The notes below the pieces were generated by a model. That model ran no database searches, was not told the origin of the DNA, and was given only the letters and a program-made list of their open reading frames with translations. DNA of 64,000 bases from the NCBI GenBank assembly GCA_902774175.1, contig CACYHG010000033.1, forward strand, positions 6,885-70,884, read 5' to 3'. The translations under genes and the position numbers were made by a program. This stretch comes from an uncultured Bacteroidota bacterium. GTDB taxonomy: Bacteria; Bacteroidota; Bacteroidia; Bacteroidales; WCHB1-69. Positions 35,069-47,017 of this stretch are shown here, piece after piece (the first letter of the stretch is position 1; the number at the start of each line of letters is the position of its first letter).

Positions 35069-38000
35069 TTATAATTGTGAGAAATTGATTTTCAAACTGA
35101 TTCCGGATTCAATCCGCAAGTTCTTGTAGGTGGAGGAGAGAACCGGTGTGGTAAGTGTATGCTCGTAGAAGGCCGCCAGCGAAATCTCCTTTGTCAGCTG
35201 GTATTCGGCTGTGAAGTCGATGTAAAGGATTTTCTGTCCGGCAGAGGGCAAGTTCAGATCCTCCTCGATTTTACGCAGCATTGTCTTGCTGTCACGCAGC
35301 GAGACGCTGACATTCAGGACCAGGTCGGCGATGCTCTGCTTGCGCACCCCGGCGAAGTTGTAGGTCACCTTCAGATCCTTGAAACGGTAGCCCGCCCCGA
35401 TGACAAACTCGTTGTTGGTCATCTCGGTTATCTGGAAAGCGGCTGTGCTCAGCGTCACCGTACGTGATTTTTTCCAGGAGGTCTTGAACTGGAAATTGTT
35501 CTTCATCTTCACATCCACCCCGACAATAGGGTTCATGTTCTCGGTCAGCGACATCTGGCCGAACTCATATTGTGAGATGAAGTTGTCCAATGCGTCGCGC
35601 ATGGACTGGAGGCTCCCCTCCGCATCGTTATAGACCAGATTGGTGGCATAGGAACCGATCTGATACACGCAGGTGTAGGCATGGCTCAGCGTCACGCTCT
35701 GGAAGACCTTGTCCAATCCGGGAATACGGGAGAGACCGTTGTAGTTGATATTCCAGTTTGGCAGCGGGAGCTTCATGAATGGCGATGAGACTCCGATCTG
35801 GTAAGGATCCTTCCCCAGATAGGCGGAGAGGAAGGCATAGCTCAGCACATCCTGGCTTGAGGAGCCGTAGCCGTCCGGGAAATCGCCGTTGCCCCGCACA
35901 TAATAGGGCTGCTCGGAGGAGCGGTAATCCGCCAGACGGTCGGCTATTATCCGGCGGTTGGTCTTGAACTGCTCGAACACTGCATTGGTGTTCCGCGCCC
36001 CATCCTTCACAAAGAAGGTGGAGAGCCCTATCGTTGAAATGCTGAAATTGCCGGTCCGCTGTGCCGTGTAGGTGCCGTAGGTCCCGCTCAAGCTGTCATA
36101 CAAATAATTGTATTGGTAGATATTGCTGTAGACGCGGTTCCCCGTCACCCGGATGCGGAAATCGCGCATCGGCTCCATTGTCACCTGGAACTGCATGTTG
36201 GTGTTGGTGCGCTGCTGGAACGGGTCGTTCAGCATCTGTGAGGTGGTGAGCCAGCTGTTCTGCATGGCCAAAGCGTCCACATCGCCCTGCGCTCCGAACA
36301 CAAAGCCGAACCCCGGCGCGTAACTGTTGCTGAACGACACGCCGAAGGCATCCGGCTCGAACATGAAGCCGGGCAGCAGCGTGGCATTACCCTCGGTATA
36401 GGAGAAACTGGCGTTCTTCAACAGCATTGCCAGCCGGAGGAAATTGTCAAGAATCTCCTTGCCGATGTTGGGTGGCTGGACTGCAGAGGTTTTGGCCGAA
36501 TCGTTTTTCGTCCGCATCTGCAGGGCCTCCTGTCTGGATTTGAGAATCGGCTTGTCGTGCAGGCTGCTGCCGAATGTGCCGCGGTTAACCTTCTGCAAAT
36601 ATTTGGATTTGTTGTACAAACCGGTGAAATTGGCAGTCAGGGTGAACTGCTTGCTGTTGCTGTTCTCAACATCGTTGCCGACATAGCTGACTGCCGGCGC
36701 CGCCGCAGTCCAGCCGTAGGTGGAGCCGTAACGGACCGAGGAGGTTATCCAGGAGAGTCCCGGCAGCTTGTTTATAGGCAGCTGGTAGCTGACATTGAAA
36801 CGCTGGTTGTAGAGGTTCATACGTCCCAACGTGGCCACATTCCGCCAGATGGAATCCTTCTTCTCACGAGTGTCTATCCGGCCCTGCGGCTCGTCAACCA
36901 CAGCCTCCGCCTGTGCTGAGAAGGTCATTTTCAGGGACTGCGTCAGATCCCAGGTCAGATCATAGTCGCGCGACCATTCGATGTTCTTTGTGAACATCGG
37001 GTCGGTGATGATGATTCCGGCACTGCGGTTCCGCAACTTGCTCTCGTTGTAGGTGCGGTACATCTCCGTGTTGAACGAAAAGGACTTTGGCAGCAGGTAG
37101 AAGTTGAAGTCGGTGATAAGTTTCAGCGCCTTGCTTTTTGAAAGATTCTCAAACGGCTTGTAGTTTTTAGGATTTGCGGAATAGGAATAGCCGAGAACAC
37201 CCTTGTGGGTGTGCAGGTCGTCGTATTCGTAATCCTCGTCACGCCGCTTTTCCTGCGTGTAGGCGTATGTGGCGTAAAAGTTCTCGATGTCCCACAGGTG
37301 GCTCTTGTCCTTGCCCTCACCCCTGTTTTTACGCAGGTTTACAATATTAAAGTTATGACGTGTCACCAGATCTACATTCTGCGCCTTTATGGAGTCACGC
37401 TCCGCACGGGTGGCGTAGGTCTTCAGATCCTCCTTCAGCTTCACATCCGGATTCAGGGTGTTGTACTCCGGAGTGGCTGCATTCCGGGAATAGTCGTAAT
37501 GCAGCGGGATGCTCACGTTCCATTTCGGGGGGAGCAGCTTGCCCATCTCCAGGTTTGTGGCGAAACTGAGTGCGGTGGTGGTCTCATCCTGCCTCCCGTA
37601 GGTTGTGGACTCCAACGGTCCGAACCCCGCCGTCTTGATGCAGGCGGCAGCCGCGACATCGCCCAGGTCGGCGAGGTTCACTGTCAGATTGCCACGGGCC
37701 GCCCAACCGGAGGATTCGTCAAAATCACCAAGGCGCAGTTCATTGACCCAGACCTCCACCGATTTCGGCAGCATGTCATCGTCATCGGAGAGCGAACGTT
37801 TTTTCGGATTGCGCAGACCCATCAGAATCACATTGACATCGGCCAGGTTGGGATTGCCCTTCACATAGATCATTCTCTCCCCGTCCGGCACGGCGTACCG
37901 CTCGTTGATGGGATAGGACGAGCCGCTGCGGTTTGCGATGTTCCGCTCCTGCTTGGCGTCTATCAGCTGCTGGAGATGTATTGCAATCTTGTTGGCAACA

Positions 38001-41000
38001 GGCCATATCAGCGAGGTGTCCGTTGTGTACCACGGCGTGTAGACCAACGGAATCTCATATTCGTAATAGTTGTTGGTGGCGTCTGTTCCCAACCGGATGA
38101 AGAAGGTCATGTCGTTGGGCTTGTTGTTGTCAGAGGCCTCCACATTCTCCGCATGGAGGTAGAAGCGCAGTTCGCCGAAGCGGCGCAGGTCGTAGGTGCA
38201 GTTCTTGTAGACCGCGTGGGCATCGCCGTCCATGATGTTCAAAGCCTTCAGAACCAGACTCTGCTCGTTCCTCTCCGAAACATTGCTGGTGGTGGTGTAC
38301 CATTTTTCCCGCTCCAGCCCTCCAGGCAACCTGTAAGGCACCGGTTCACGATAATAGTTCTCCTCAAGATTCAGGGTGGAGACCGAGAAGTTTCCGGTAT
38401 TGTCACCGAAATATTCGCCATCCTCCTTCAGGTCGTCCGTGCAGGTGCGCCAATCGCCACGAACAAGTTCAAGGGTGGCGAAACGAAGGACCACAGGATC
38501 GCTGAAGCCCTTCAGGAACATACGGATAAAGCGTATCGATGAGAAATCGTGCAGGTTGCCTATGACAGCATCCGGCGACTTGACCGGAACCTTGAACTGA
38601 TACCACTTCACCGTGACAGTCGAACCGTCATCCAGCTGCACGTTGTTGTTCTCCATAACGTCGGTGATGTAGCCCTCGCCGATTTTCATCTTGTCGGGCG
38701 AAAGGTTGATGACGTACTGGTAATAGCGCTCATCCTCATTAAGCGTGTTGTCGTTGTTGATATCCTCCATGTTCGGCATGGATGAGGACTGTGTCGGATA
38801 GGACTCCGGATTGTCGCTGTCGGTCGGGGAGTTGCCCTCCGTGTTGTTGAAATATTTGTACCGGCGGGTAATCTTGTAATCCCATCCGTCATAGTCAGAG
38901 CCGCGGAAATAGTGGTAGTTGTCCGCCGAAGGGTCAGCCTCGAAGGCAGAATAGACCGCAGGGGAAAGTATGTTCTTGACAGTGGCCAGATAGTTGGCGT
39001 AATGACGTTTCTCCATCTCGTCCTGCAGGCCGTCATAGCCGACATCCTGATATTTGCGCGAGGTGACCTCTGTGGAGAAGGCGGTCACAATGGACTGGCT
39101 GAGCGGCACACGGCCCCAGATGGTGGTGTCCACGCCGGTCAGGCTGCCGTCTTCAGGCAGGCCATGCTCGAAGCTCTTGCGGCCGTCCCGCAGGATATCC
39201 TCGGAAATGTCTCCCAAATTGATATAGAGCTGACCTCCGGAATGTGTCGGATTCTCATAGAAGGGATCCATCATCCAAAATTCGAGGTACTCAACATTGC
39301 TGACCTCAAAGTTGGTGTTGTCCAGTTTGCGCATGATACCGCCCCATCGTGAGGAGGGATTCTTAAGCGTACCATCCGCATTCAGACCGGATGAGACACC
39401 TGCAACGCCGTATGTGTCGAAGTTGTAAGGTCCCCTCTCGGACGGATAGAACGCCAGATTGAACACCGACAGGTACGGATCCTCGCTGGTGGCATCCACG
39501 CTGCGGTAGGGAAATACCTCCTTGATCAGCACGCGGCGGGCATACATGTCGGACTTGTCCGCACTGGTGATGTTGTCGGGCGTGCTGCGGCTGTTGTTGT
39601 GGAAAAGCGGGTCAATGACATACCAGGAGAGCAGTGCACGGTTGAAGCCGTATTGCAGGCCGGTGCCTATGGCCGCCTCAGGGAACATTCCCGGACGTGT
39701 CTGGTTCTGCGGGGTGGAGGCGAGATGCCACATGCCGACCGTGGTCAGGGTGCTGCTGGTCTGCGCCGCCTCAAAGTCGTCGATGTAGAGCGCAGCGGAC
39801 TCCTTTTTGCCGATACTGCGCGAATAGCCCGGAAGGAACTGCGCGAACTCCCCGTCAAACTTGATGGTTGAGATTTGCTTGGAGCTGTAGTTGGGAAGAT
39901 AGTTTAGCAAGTCGGTCACCTTTTGGGATTCCCTTTCAAAAGCGGTGTTGAATCCCCAGATGGTGTTGTTGATCGGCTCCTCGCCGAAATTAACCTTGAA
40001 GGTCTCCGACCGTTCGCTCAGGTTCAGCAGCGTGGCACCAACCATGAAGTTTTTGCTGAAGTTGTAGTCCGCGTGCAGCCCGATCATGGTCTGGGTGGTG
40101 CCGAGCGAATTCTCGCTCTCAACCGACACCGTGATGGGCGTGCCTGACTGCAGGTAGTTCTCGTTTATGATACGGACAGTTCCGGCGGTGTAATCGACCG
40201 TATAGTCGGTCCCCTCCGTCAGAACGATGCCGCCGGCCAGCACGGTCACCGACCCGGGCGACACATTGTAGGCGCCCAGCGAAATATCTGCTCCGTAGGA
40301 GGATTTGTAACGCCCCTCCAGATAGAACTTGTTACGGTTGGAATACTGCTGTGCCAAAGTTTTGGTCAGGGAATAGAGCGAATCGTATGCGTAAAGGTCG
40401 CCCGCACCGGGACTCCCCTTCAACGCCTCGCGCAAATCCTTGCCGAACGGCTCCGGCGTCGGGAAGAATATCTTGCCGGATTCCGACTGTATGGTACCGC
40501 CTTCGGTTGCAGCCTTGTCGATAAAGTCAAACACTCCGTCGGGATATTCGGCAAGCTGGCTGTTCAAGCGGTCCAGCCCCAGAATACGGATCAGGGAGAC
40601 ACCCTGCAGGGATTCCTCCACATTGGTGAAATAGCCTTTGCCCACGCCGTCATCCTCGCCTTTGTAGAGCACATTCAGCCGGAAGTCGTCCTTGGAGACC
40701 TGATAGGCACCTAAGGAATAGACATTTTTCATCATCAGTTTCCACAAGGGAATCTGCGTGTTGATGGCGGTGCTGCGCAACAGTTTCACAATGATGCAGC
40801 CCGGCGCAACCACTTCGTTGGAGAACTGCCCGACCTGATACACATTCGGGTCACCGTTGATGGTATACTGGAAGGCCACGGCCAGCACCTGGTCCGAATT
40901 CAGGCGCGTGTTCAGCGAGATAAAACCCAACTTCGGATTGAAGGTGTATTCGTTTGAGGTCAGCAGCCTGGCGGATTCGATTTTCTCGAAATCCACGCCG

Positions 41001-42292
41001 GATGTCATGCCGCCGCGATAAGTCTTAAGATAGGTTGAGACATTGCTGATGCTGCGCATCTGGCTATAGTCGATCCCCTGCAGGAAATCGTTGGCATTGC
41101 TGTCGGGATAGCCGCCCGGCAGATGATTGGAACTTATGCCCCTGTTGTAGGGGTTTGCCTCACCCAAATCGGTAATGGCAATGATGTTACGGTTCTGCTC
41201 GACCGCCGAGCCAATGTTGGTTTTCCACACCTCGATACGGGTGATGGTTATGCGCGAGTTGATCAGCGGCAGCGTCTTCATCGCCTCGGCATAGTGCTCG
41301 TAGAAATATTGTGCGATGAAAAAGTGCTTGTCCTCCTCGTAATCGTCCGCCTTGAACTCATATTCGGTGTATTCCGAACCGTTCTCCAGCTGGATCTGCC
41401 GCTTGTCCCCCTTCTTCTGCGACACGACCGTAGTGAGCATCAGTTTGCCGAACTGCGTCTGGACCTTGGCACCGAAAAGGTTCTGCGAGCCCTCTATCAG
41501 CGTGCTGGTCAATGGCATGTTGATGTTACCGAACTCCAGCAGCTTTATGATCTCATCCTCCTTGCCCTCATAGTTCAGCTTGAACTTGTTCTCGTCCAAA
41601 AGTGAGACCTGCTTTGACTTGAAGTTCATGTCATAGTGGATTTTGTCCCCGATGCTGGCCTTCAGGCTCAACTGGATGTCCTCATCGAAATCGAAACGGG
41701 TCTGTCTCCGCTGGTTCACAGCGAGATTCTTGTTGTCGGTCCGGTTATGCTCGATGCCGAACCGCATCTCGATGGAACCGGTCGGCCGTATGTCAATCTT
41801 GTTGCTGCCGAAAATATCCTCGAACACTTCGCCAGGAATGCGTATGTCCGGCAGGAAACCGCGGCTGCCGGTATCCTCCTTGCCAACCCCGGCACGCTCG
41901 CGCCAGTATTTCCGCATTGCGGCATCCATGTCGTACTGCAGATATTCCCCGACTGACATTTCCGTAGGCGGGCCGTAAGGGGTATTGCCAATCTTGCGCT
42001 GCAGCTGGTAGCTGTTGGTCACAGGATCGTAGACAACCTCCGTGGTGACGTTTTTCGGATCCTTAAGCTGGAGCGGATGCGCCTTGCTGCGATCCAGAGG
42101 ATTGGTCGGGATGCCGCGCACCTTCACCTTGGGTTTCGGTGTGACGGGCGTGTCCGCCGGATTGATGGCGCTCCGTGGTGTGATATCCGACAAACCCTCC
42201 ACATGATGATGTGGCGGAAGGAATGCGAACCATCCCCCGAACAACCAGGAAAAGACAAAAGCGGCAACCGCTATATTCAGGACTCTTCTCAC
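35069..42292 (-). CDS. sprA: T9SS translocon SprA (Sov)
   Basis: 2407 aa, a size and composition typical of SprA, with an N-terminal hydrophobic anchor/signal. The track start at 42292 is GTG, and an in-frame TAA lies 12 nt upstream. Confidence 0.85.
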   Translation of the reverse strand: MRRVLNIAVAAFVFSWLFGGWFAFLPPHHHVEGLSDITPRSAINPADTPVTPKPKVKVRGIPTNPLDRSKAHPLQLKDPKNVTTEVVYDPVTNSYQLQRKIGNTPYGPPTEMSVGEYLQYDMDAAMRKYWRERAGVGKEDTGSRGFLPDIRIPGEVFEDIFGSNKIDIRPTGSIEMRFGIEHNRTDNKNLAVNQRRQTRFDFDEDIQLSLKASIGDKIHYDMNFKSKQVSLLDENKFKLNYEGKEDEIIKLLEFGNINMPLTSTLIEGSQNLFGAKVQTQFGKLMLTTVVSQKKGDKRQIQLENGSEYTEYEFKADDYEEDKHFFIAQYFYEHYAEAMKTLPLINSRITITRIEVWKTNIGSAVEQNRNIIAITDLGEANPYNRGISSNHLPGGYPDSNANDFLQGIDYSQMRSISNVSTYLKTYRGGMTSGVDFEKIESARLLTSNEYTFNPKLGFISLNTRLNSDQVLAVAFQYTINGDPNVYQVGQFSNEVVAPGCIIVKLLRSTAINTQIPLWKLMMKNVYSLGAYQVSKDDFRLNVLYKGEDDGVGKGYFTNVEESLQGVSLIRILGLDRLNSQLAEYPDGVFDFIDKAATEGGTIQSESGKIFFPTPEPFGKDLREALKGSPGAGDLYAYDSLYSLTKTLAQQYSNRNKFYLEGRYKSSYGADISLGAYNVSPGSVTVLAGGIVLTEGTDYTVDYTAGTVRIINENYLQSGTPITVSVESENSLGTTQTMIGLHADYNFSKNFMVGATLLNLSERSETFKVNFGEEPINNTIWGFNTAFERESQKVTDLLNYLPNYSSKQISTIKFDGEFAQFLPGYSRSIGKKESAALYIDDFEAAQTSSTLTTVGMWHLASTPQNQTRPGMFPEAAIGTGLQYGFNRALLSWYVIDPLFHNNSRSTPDNITSADKSDMYARRVLIKEVFPYRSVDATSEDPYLSVFNLAFYPSERGPYNFDTYGVAGVSSGLNADGTLKNPSSRWGGIMRKLDNTNFEVSNVEYLEFWMMDPFYENPTHSGGQLYINLGDISEDILRDGRKSFEHGLPEDGSLTGVDTTIWGRVPLSQSIVTAFSTEVTSRKYQDVGYDGLQDEMEKRHYANYLATVKNILSPAVYSAFEADPSADNYHYFRGSDYDGWDYKITRRYKYFNNTEGNSPTDSDNPESYPTQSSSMPNMEDINNDNTLNEDERYYQYVINLSPDKMKIGEGYITDVMENNNVQLDDGSTVTVKWYQFKVPVKSPDAVIGNLHDFSSIRFIRMFLKGFSDPVVLRFATLELVRGDWRTCTDDLKEDGEYFGDNTGNFSVSTLNLEENYYREPVPYRLPGGLEREKWYTTTSNVSERNEQSLVLKALNIMDGDAHAVYKNCTYDLRRFGELRFYLHAENVEASDNNKPNDMTFFIRLGTDATNNYYEYEIPLVYTPWYTTDTSLIWPVANKIAIHLQQLIDAKQERNIANRSGSSYPINERYAVPDGERMIYVKGNPNLADVNVILMGLRNPKKRSLSDDDDMLPKSVEVWVNELRLGDFDESSGWAARGNLTVNLADLGDVAAAACIKTAGFGPLESTTYGRQDETTTALSFATNLEMGKLLPPKWNVSIPLHYDYSRNAATPEYNTLNPDVKLKEDLKTYATRAERDSIKAQNVDLVTRHNFNIVNLRKNRGEGKDKSHLWDIENFYATYAYTQEKRRDEDYEYDDLHTHKGVLGYSYSANPKNYKPFENLSKSKALKLITDFNFYLLPKSFSFNTEMYRTYNESKLRNRSAGIIITDPMFTKNIEWSRDYDLTWDLTQSLKMTFSAQAEAVVDEPQGRIDTREKKDSIWRNVATLGRMNLYNQRFNVSYQLPINKLPGLSWITSSVRYGSTYGWTAAAPAVSYVGNDVENSNSKQFTLTANFTGLYNKSKYLQKVNRGTFGSSLHDKPILKSRQEALQMRTKNDSAKTSAVQPPNIGKEILDNFLRLAMLLKNASFSYTEGNATLLPGFMFEPDAFGVSFSNSYAPGFGFVFGAQGDVDALAMQNSWLTTSQMLNDPFQQRTNTNMQFQVTMEPMRDFRIRVTGNRVYSNIYQYNYLYDSLSGTYGTYTAQRTGNFSISTIGLSTFFVKDGARNTNAVFEQFKTNRRIIADRLADYRSSEQPYYVRGNGDFPDGYGSSSQDVLSYAFLSAYLGKDPYQIGVSSPFMKLPLPNWNINYNGLSRIPGLDKVFQSVTLSHAYTCVYQIGSYATNLVYNDAEGSLQSMRDALDNFISQYEFGQMSLTENMNPIVGVDVKMKNNFQFKTSWKKSRTVTLSTAAFQITEMTNNEFVIGAGYRFKDLKVTYNFAGVRKQSIADLVLNVSVSLRDSKTMLRKIEEDLNLPSAGQKILYIDFTAEYQLTKEISLAAFYEHTLTTPVLSSTYKNLRIESGISLKINFSQL

Positions 42293-42309
42293 GCTTCCTT
42301 TTTAGGTGT

Positions 42310-42903
42310 TTACAACATTTTTAATGCCTGTCGGATAATCTCCTCCACCGGCAGTTCCGCACCACCCGACTTCAGCACCTGCTGGACGGCTTTTGCGGCC
42401 ACCGGCTTGGAAAATCCCAACTGGACTAAAGCAGATAACGCCTCTTCTGCGGATATATTGTCCGGCACCAAATTATTTTTTGGTGTAATTTCCGGTGACA
42501 TTTTAAGAATTTTATCTTTCAGCTCCAACACAATGCGTTGGGCGGTCTTGGCACCAACCCCTTTAATGGACTGGACCATTCTGGTGTCTCCGGCGGCAAT
42601 GTGCGATGCAAGCTCCTCCGGCGGGAATGCGGACAGCATCATTCTGGCAGTCCCGGCACCGATGCCTGAAACCGACATGAGCAGCCTGAACAGCTCCCGC
42701 TCGTATAGTCCGGCAAAACCGAAAAGGGACTGCGAATCCTCCTTGACCACAAAATGGGTATACAGGCGGCAGCGCTCCTTCTCATCCGGCAGCTGCGAAT
42801 AGGTGTGCAGAGAAATATTGATCATGAAACCCACCCCGCCGCAGTCGATGACCGCATAGGTCGGAGTTTTTTCAAACAAAATGCCTTCAATGTGTGTGAT
42901 CAT
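42310..42903 (-). CDS. ruvA: Holliday junction branch-migration complex subunit RuvA
   Basis: Start trimmed to ATG 42903 (MITHIEGILFEKTPTYAVIDCGGVGF..). Helix-hairpin-helix motifs (GIGAGTARMML, VKGVGAKTAQRIV). Confidence 0.9.
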   Translation of the reverse strand: MITHIEGILFEKTPTYAVIDCGGVGFMINISLHTYSQLPDEKERCRLYTHFVVKEDSQSLFGFAGLYERELFRLLMSVSGIGAGTARMMLSAFPPEELASHIAAGDTRMVQSIKGVGAKTAQRIVLELKDKILKMSPEITPKNNLVPDNISAEEALSALVQLGFSKPVAAKAVQQVLKSGGAELPVEEIIRQALKML

Positions 42904-42907
42904 GGAT

Positions 42908-44043
42908 TCAAACTTTTGAGTCAAATTCCGGTTCGACATAGGCCGCCTGGCGTGCGGCGTCAAAATATTTTATATAGCAGCGCTTGCGCTTGTTCTGGAC
43001 ATGGTTGTAACCCTTCCAGTTCTGGATGGCCTTACGGTTGTTCTCCAACATGCCGGTGGTGTCCACGGTGGTCATGCCGTATCTTATCATCACCGGATAG
43101 GTTTCGGCTATCACGGCAGCACGCCGGTCAGGAAGAGGTCGATCGTGTCGTTATTTTTACGGCTGCGCAGGATGGCAGGCAGGCCGCGCCACAGCCTTCC
43201 GTTCGCCTTCTGCAGCGCACGGCTCAGAGAGGGGACGGGCACAATGGCGCCCACAAGCTCGCCCTCAGCATTCTTCACAATATGCACAAATTCCGGATTG
43301 ATGACAGAGACATAGGTGTCAAGCAGATAGTCAATCTGCGCATCGTCAAAGGCGATGAAGGAGAAGAGGTCGTCAAACGCGATGTTGAAGACATGGAAAA
43401 AATCACGACCGTAACGGCGCATCTCCTCCCTGTCATGCATCTGCTCCACCGTCAGGCCGAACCGCTGTTTCACCACACGTGAAAGCTGCACCGCCTTGGC
43501 CGGAACCTCCGGTTCCAGATAGAGGTTGAACTCAACCCAGTCCAGCAGCTTCTTATAGCCCAGACGCGCAAAATGCTCCTTATAGTACGGAAGATGATAG
43601 ACCGAGGCGACCGAAGCCAGCTGGTCAAAGCCCTCCACCAGAACAGCCTGGGTATCCACATTGGAAAAGCCCAACGGTCCGACAACAGCCTCCATGCCGC
43701 GTGCACGGATCCATTCCTCCGCCGTGCGGAACAGGGCATCCGAAACCTCCGCATCATCCACAAATTCCGGACGGGTTATGCGCCCGTACTTCTCTCCGGT
43801 CTTGGCATTGTACCGGTGGTGTATGATGGCACCGATGCGCCCGACAATCTTTCCATTCTTGCGTGCCAGCCAGAAGCAGGTGTCACAACCGTTGAAAAAA
43901 GGATTCTCCTCCGGATCAAGATCCTTTATTTCGGAACCGATCAGGGGCGGAACCCAATAGGAATTCCCCTTGTATATGGAAAAAGGCAGCTTTGCGAACT
44001 GCCGGCGCTGCCGCGCCGTCCTTACCTCAATAATCTCAACCAT
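42908..44043 (-). pseudogene. GNAT-like N-acetyltransferase split into 310-aa and 68-aa ORFs
   Basis: ORF 43111..44043 ends ..IDLFLTGVLP-stop. ORF 42908..43114 (GTG-initiated in the track) carries the family's C-terminus (..TTGMLENNRKAIQNWKGY..NKRKRCYIKY) in another frame. The break falls where the acetyl-CoA-binding Q/RxxGxG/A motif would be expected. Confidence 0.5.
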
Positions 44044-44046
44044 CTG

Positions 44047-45102
44047 CTATTGTTTCGCGTATTGTAAAACTTCGTCATGCATGAACTCCAGGCTGATGCC
44101 GGCGTGACGGAACATCTCCTCACTCTCCGCTCCCGCATGGTATTTCATCTCGCACACCACCCTGCGGATGCCGCAGTTGATGATCATCATGGCGCAGGTG
44201 CGGCACGGGGTCATCCGGCAATAGAGCGTGGCGCCCTCCAAAGAAATGCCTCTCTTGGCCGCCTGGCAGATGGCGTTCTGCTCCGCATGGACAGTCCGTG
44301 TGCAGTGGGTGGTGACAGTGCCGTCCTCATGCACCATCTGCTTCAGCTGGTGCCCCATCTCGTCACAGTGCGGCATGCCGACGGGAGAACCGACGTAGCC
44401 TGTCACAAGAATCTGACGGTCCTTAACCACCACGCAGCCGCTGCGTCCGCGGTCGCAGGTGGCGCGCTTGGCGACCGTATTGGCGATTTCCATGAAATAT
44501 TCGTCCCAGCTGGGGCGCACGTAGGGAACAGCGGGGACAGACTCCTTCCCCTCAATCTCACGCATCACCGACTCCACCTGGCCGAACAGCTCCTCCATGG
44601 TGCCGTCGTTCCGGAAGCGGTAGTCAGCCAGCTGGATGCAACGCTCCAGATTCTGCCGGTTCGGATCGGTGGAGCGGAATTCCCGCTCCTCATTGGCCAC
44701 AAAAGTTTCAAAACTGATATGGTCCGTTTCGGAGCCGCGCAGGTGCACCCGTTCGTACCGGCACTTCCGGTCCGCATCGACCGCGAAGAGGTAGAAATGC
44801 GGTTTCTGGCGCAAGGAAAGCACCTCCCCTTCGGCCCGCACGCTCTCGATGACCGCATTGCATCCCTCCTGCAACGCCCGCTTGTACAGTTCATCTGTAA
44901 TAAAGGAGGCGGAATGGGCGGCACGCAGCGCATTGCCCACCGCCGTCATGGAATCGCGGTTCTCCGGCATCCCCGCCTTGCGGATGATTTCCAGCAGGTA
45001 TTCCCTGACAGAATAGTGCCGGAATCCGCGCTTTTGCACCAAATATTCGACAATCGTGCCCTTTCCGGAACCGATTGTCCCTGTTATTCCGATTACAATC
45101 AT
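44047..45102 (-). CDS. Fusion of a P-loop nucleotide-kinase-like domain to a dCMP/cytidine deaminase domain
   Basis: 351 aa. N-terminal Walker A GITGTIGSGKGT. C-terminal zinc motifs HAEQNAI and PCRTCAMMI (ComEB/dCMP deaminase type). Confidence 0.8.
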   Translation of the reverse strand: MIVIGITGTIGSGKGTIVEYLVQKRGFRHYSVREYLLEIIRKAGMPENRDSMTAVGNALRAAHSASFITDELYKRALQEGCNAVIESVRAEGEVLSLRQKPHFYLFAVDADRKCRYERVHLRGSETDHISFETFVANEEREFRSTDPNRQNLERCIQLADYRFRNDGTMEELFGQVESVMREIEGKESVPAVPYVRPSWDEYFMEIANTVAKRATCDRGRSGCVVVKDRQILVTGYVGSPVGMPHCDEMGHQLKQMVHEDGTVTTHCTRTVHAEQNAICQAAKRGISLEGATLYCRMTPCRTCAMMIINCGIRRVVCEMKYHAGAESEEMFRHAGISLEFMHDEVLQYAKQ

Positions 45103-45286
45103 TTCATTATCAATTTATTAAAAATAGCGCAACCGTTTTTTCAAACTGTCGGGCAAATTTGCAAAGATAATAAAAAATTGTATAAAATCTGAAAATCCTG
45201 CCCTGACATTTTCTATGCGTCAGACCCTCCTCACGTATTGGAAAAAGTGCTATCTTTGCATTCTGAATTATTGAAGGGAAAACAAC

Positions 45287-46990
45287 ATGAACCATCGGAT
45301 ACTACTTGGACTGATTATCATTTTGGCGGCTGCCATTCCTGCAGCAACGGCGCAGCCGGAAACCGAGCCTGCAGACCCGAAGCCGGGGCCGCAGGAGGCA
45401 TGGAACCTCCTGAAAAAACCGCAATTCGTGTGGGGAAACACTGATGTGCGCTATTCACGCAGCCAGGTTCCGACTGCCGGAAAGGCACCTGAACTTTACG
45501 CATGGCGCGGGGAGAGGGTCTGCGCACAGGCGGTTTTCGCAACGCCCGAAGCGGCCACAATCACCGTCAGGGCAGGCGAACTCACCTGCGGAAAAAACCG
45601 GATTCCCGCCACCGCAATTCAATGCGCCTTTGTCCGCTACGTGATGACCGACACCTACAACAACCGCAGCGACTCCTTCCTGATGCCCGACATGCTTGAC
45701 ACCTCCGCACGATGTGAGGTGGCCGCCCGCACCACCCGTCCGCTCTGGATCACCATCCGCGTGCCACGCGCAGCCGTACCGGGCGATTACAAAGGAACCA
45801 TCACACTCACCTGCAACGGCAGGCCGATGCGGCTCGCCTACAGCCTGACTGTCAGCAAACGGACGCTGCCGGAACCTAAGGACTGGAAAATCCATCTCGA
45901 CCTGTGGCAGAACCCATACGCGGTGGCGCGCTATTTCAACGTGCCGCTCTGGAGCAGGGAACATTTCGACAGGCTGCGCCCGCTGATGGAGCAGTATGCA
46001 CAGGCTGGAGGCAAAGCAATTACAACCAGCATCATGCAGCACCCGTGGAAGAGCCAGACGCAGGATCCGTTTGAGAGCATGATTGTAAAGATGAAACACA
46101 TCGACGGCAGCTGGAGCTATGACTACACTGTTTTTGACCGCTGGGTGGAATTCATGTTCTCCTGCGGCGTCACAGGGCAGATCGACTGCTACACCATCGT
46201 GCCGTGGGGTTACCGTTTCGAATATGTGGATATGGCCACAAGCACACTGCAGCACATCGACTGCAAACCGGGCGAACCTGCCTACGAGGCCTACATCCTC
46301 CCCTTCCTTACCGATTTTGCAAGGCACCTGCGGGCGAAGGGATGGTTCAACCGCACCTGCATCGCCATGGACGAACGACCGATGGAGCAGTTCCGCGCCG
46401 CCTTCGACATAGTGAGACGCGCCGACCCGGAATTCCGCATCAAAGGGGCGATAGACTATTCACCGGAGATTGAAAAGCTGGTGCCGCTCATGCATGACAT
46501 CAGCCTCATCCACGACCATGCCGGAATCCCGGCAGAAGTGGTGGAACAGCGGCGGGATAACGGACAGTACACCACCTACTACACCTGCAACGCCCCGCTG
46601 CGCCCCAACACCTTCACCTTTTCGCCGCCTGCAGAAGCGACATGGATAGGCCTGCACGCCGCCGCCCTCGGGTTTGACGGCTATCTGCGCTGGGCATACA
46701 ACAGCTGGGTGGCAAGCCCCTGCACTGACAGCCGCTTCCGCAAATGGTACAGCGGCGACTGCTACCTTGTCTATCCGAACGGCAGCAGCATCCGCTTTGA
46801 GCGGCTGGTACAGGGCATACAGGATTATGAGAAGATCTGCCTTTTGCGCGAAGAGGCCAAAAGTTCCCCGACTAAACTAAAGGCATTGGAACAGCTGCTG
46901 GAGCCCTTCAAGGCGGTCCGGTACGACCCTGACACCGATGCGGGCAAACTGGTCCGGGAAGCGGAATCCGCACTAAAAAAATTGGAATAA
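45287..46990 (+). CDS. Secreted DUF4091 / GH123-like glycoside hydrolase family protein
   Basis: 567 aa with a signal peptide. The core WQNPYAVARYFNVPLWSREHFD..MQHPWKSQTQDPFESMI..DGSWSYDYTVFDRWVEF resembles DUF4091 as I remember it. A -7 box TATCTTTG lies at 45251-45258. Confidence 0.55.
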   Translation: MNHRILLGLIIILAAAIPAATAQPETEPADPKPGPQEAWNLLKKPQFVWGNTDVRYSRSQVPTAGKAPELYAWRGERVCAQAVFATPEAATITVRAGELTCGKNRIPATAIQCAFVRYVMTDTYNNRSDSFLMPDMLDTSARCEVAARTTRPLWITIRVPRAAVPGDYKGTITLTCNGRPMRLAYSLTVSKRTLPEPKDWKIHLDLWQNPYAVARYFNVPLWSREHFDRLRPLMEQYAQAGGKAITTSIMQHPWKSQTQDPFESMIVKMKHIDGSWSYDYTVFDRWVEFMFSCGVTGQIDCYTIVPWGYRFEYVDMATSTLQHIDCKPGEPAYEAYILPFLTDFARHLRAKGWFNRTCIAMDERPMEQFRAAFDIVRRADPEFRIKGAIDYSPEIEKLVPLMHDISLIHDHAGIPAEVVEQRRDNGQYTTYYTCNAPLRPNTFTFSPPAEATWIGLHAAALGFDGYLRWAYNSWVASPCTDSRFRKWYSGDCYLVYPNGSSIRFERLVQGIQDYEKICLLREEAKSSPTKLKALEQLLEPFKAVRYDPDTDAGKLVREAESALKKLE

Positions 46991-47017
46991 AATAACACAA
47001 AAATAAAACATCATCTT

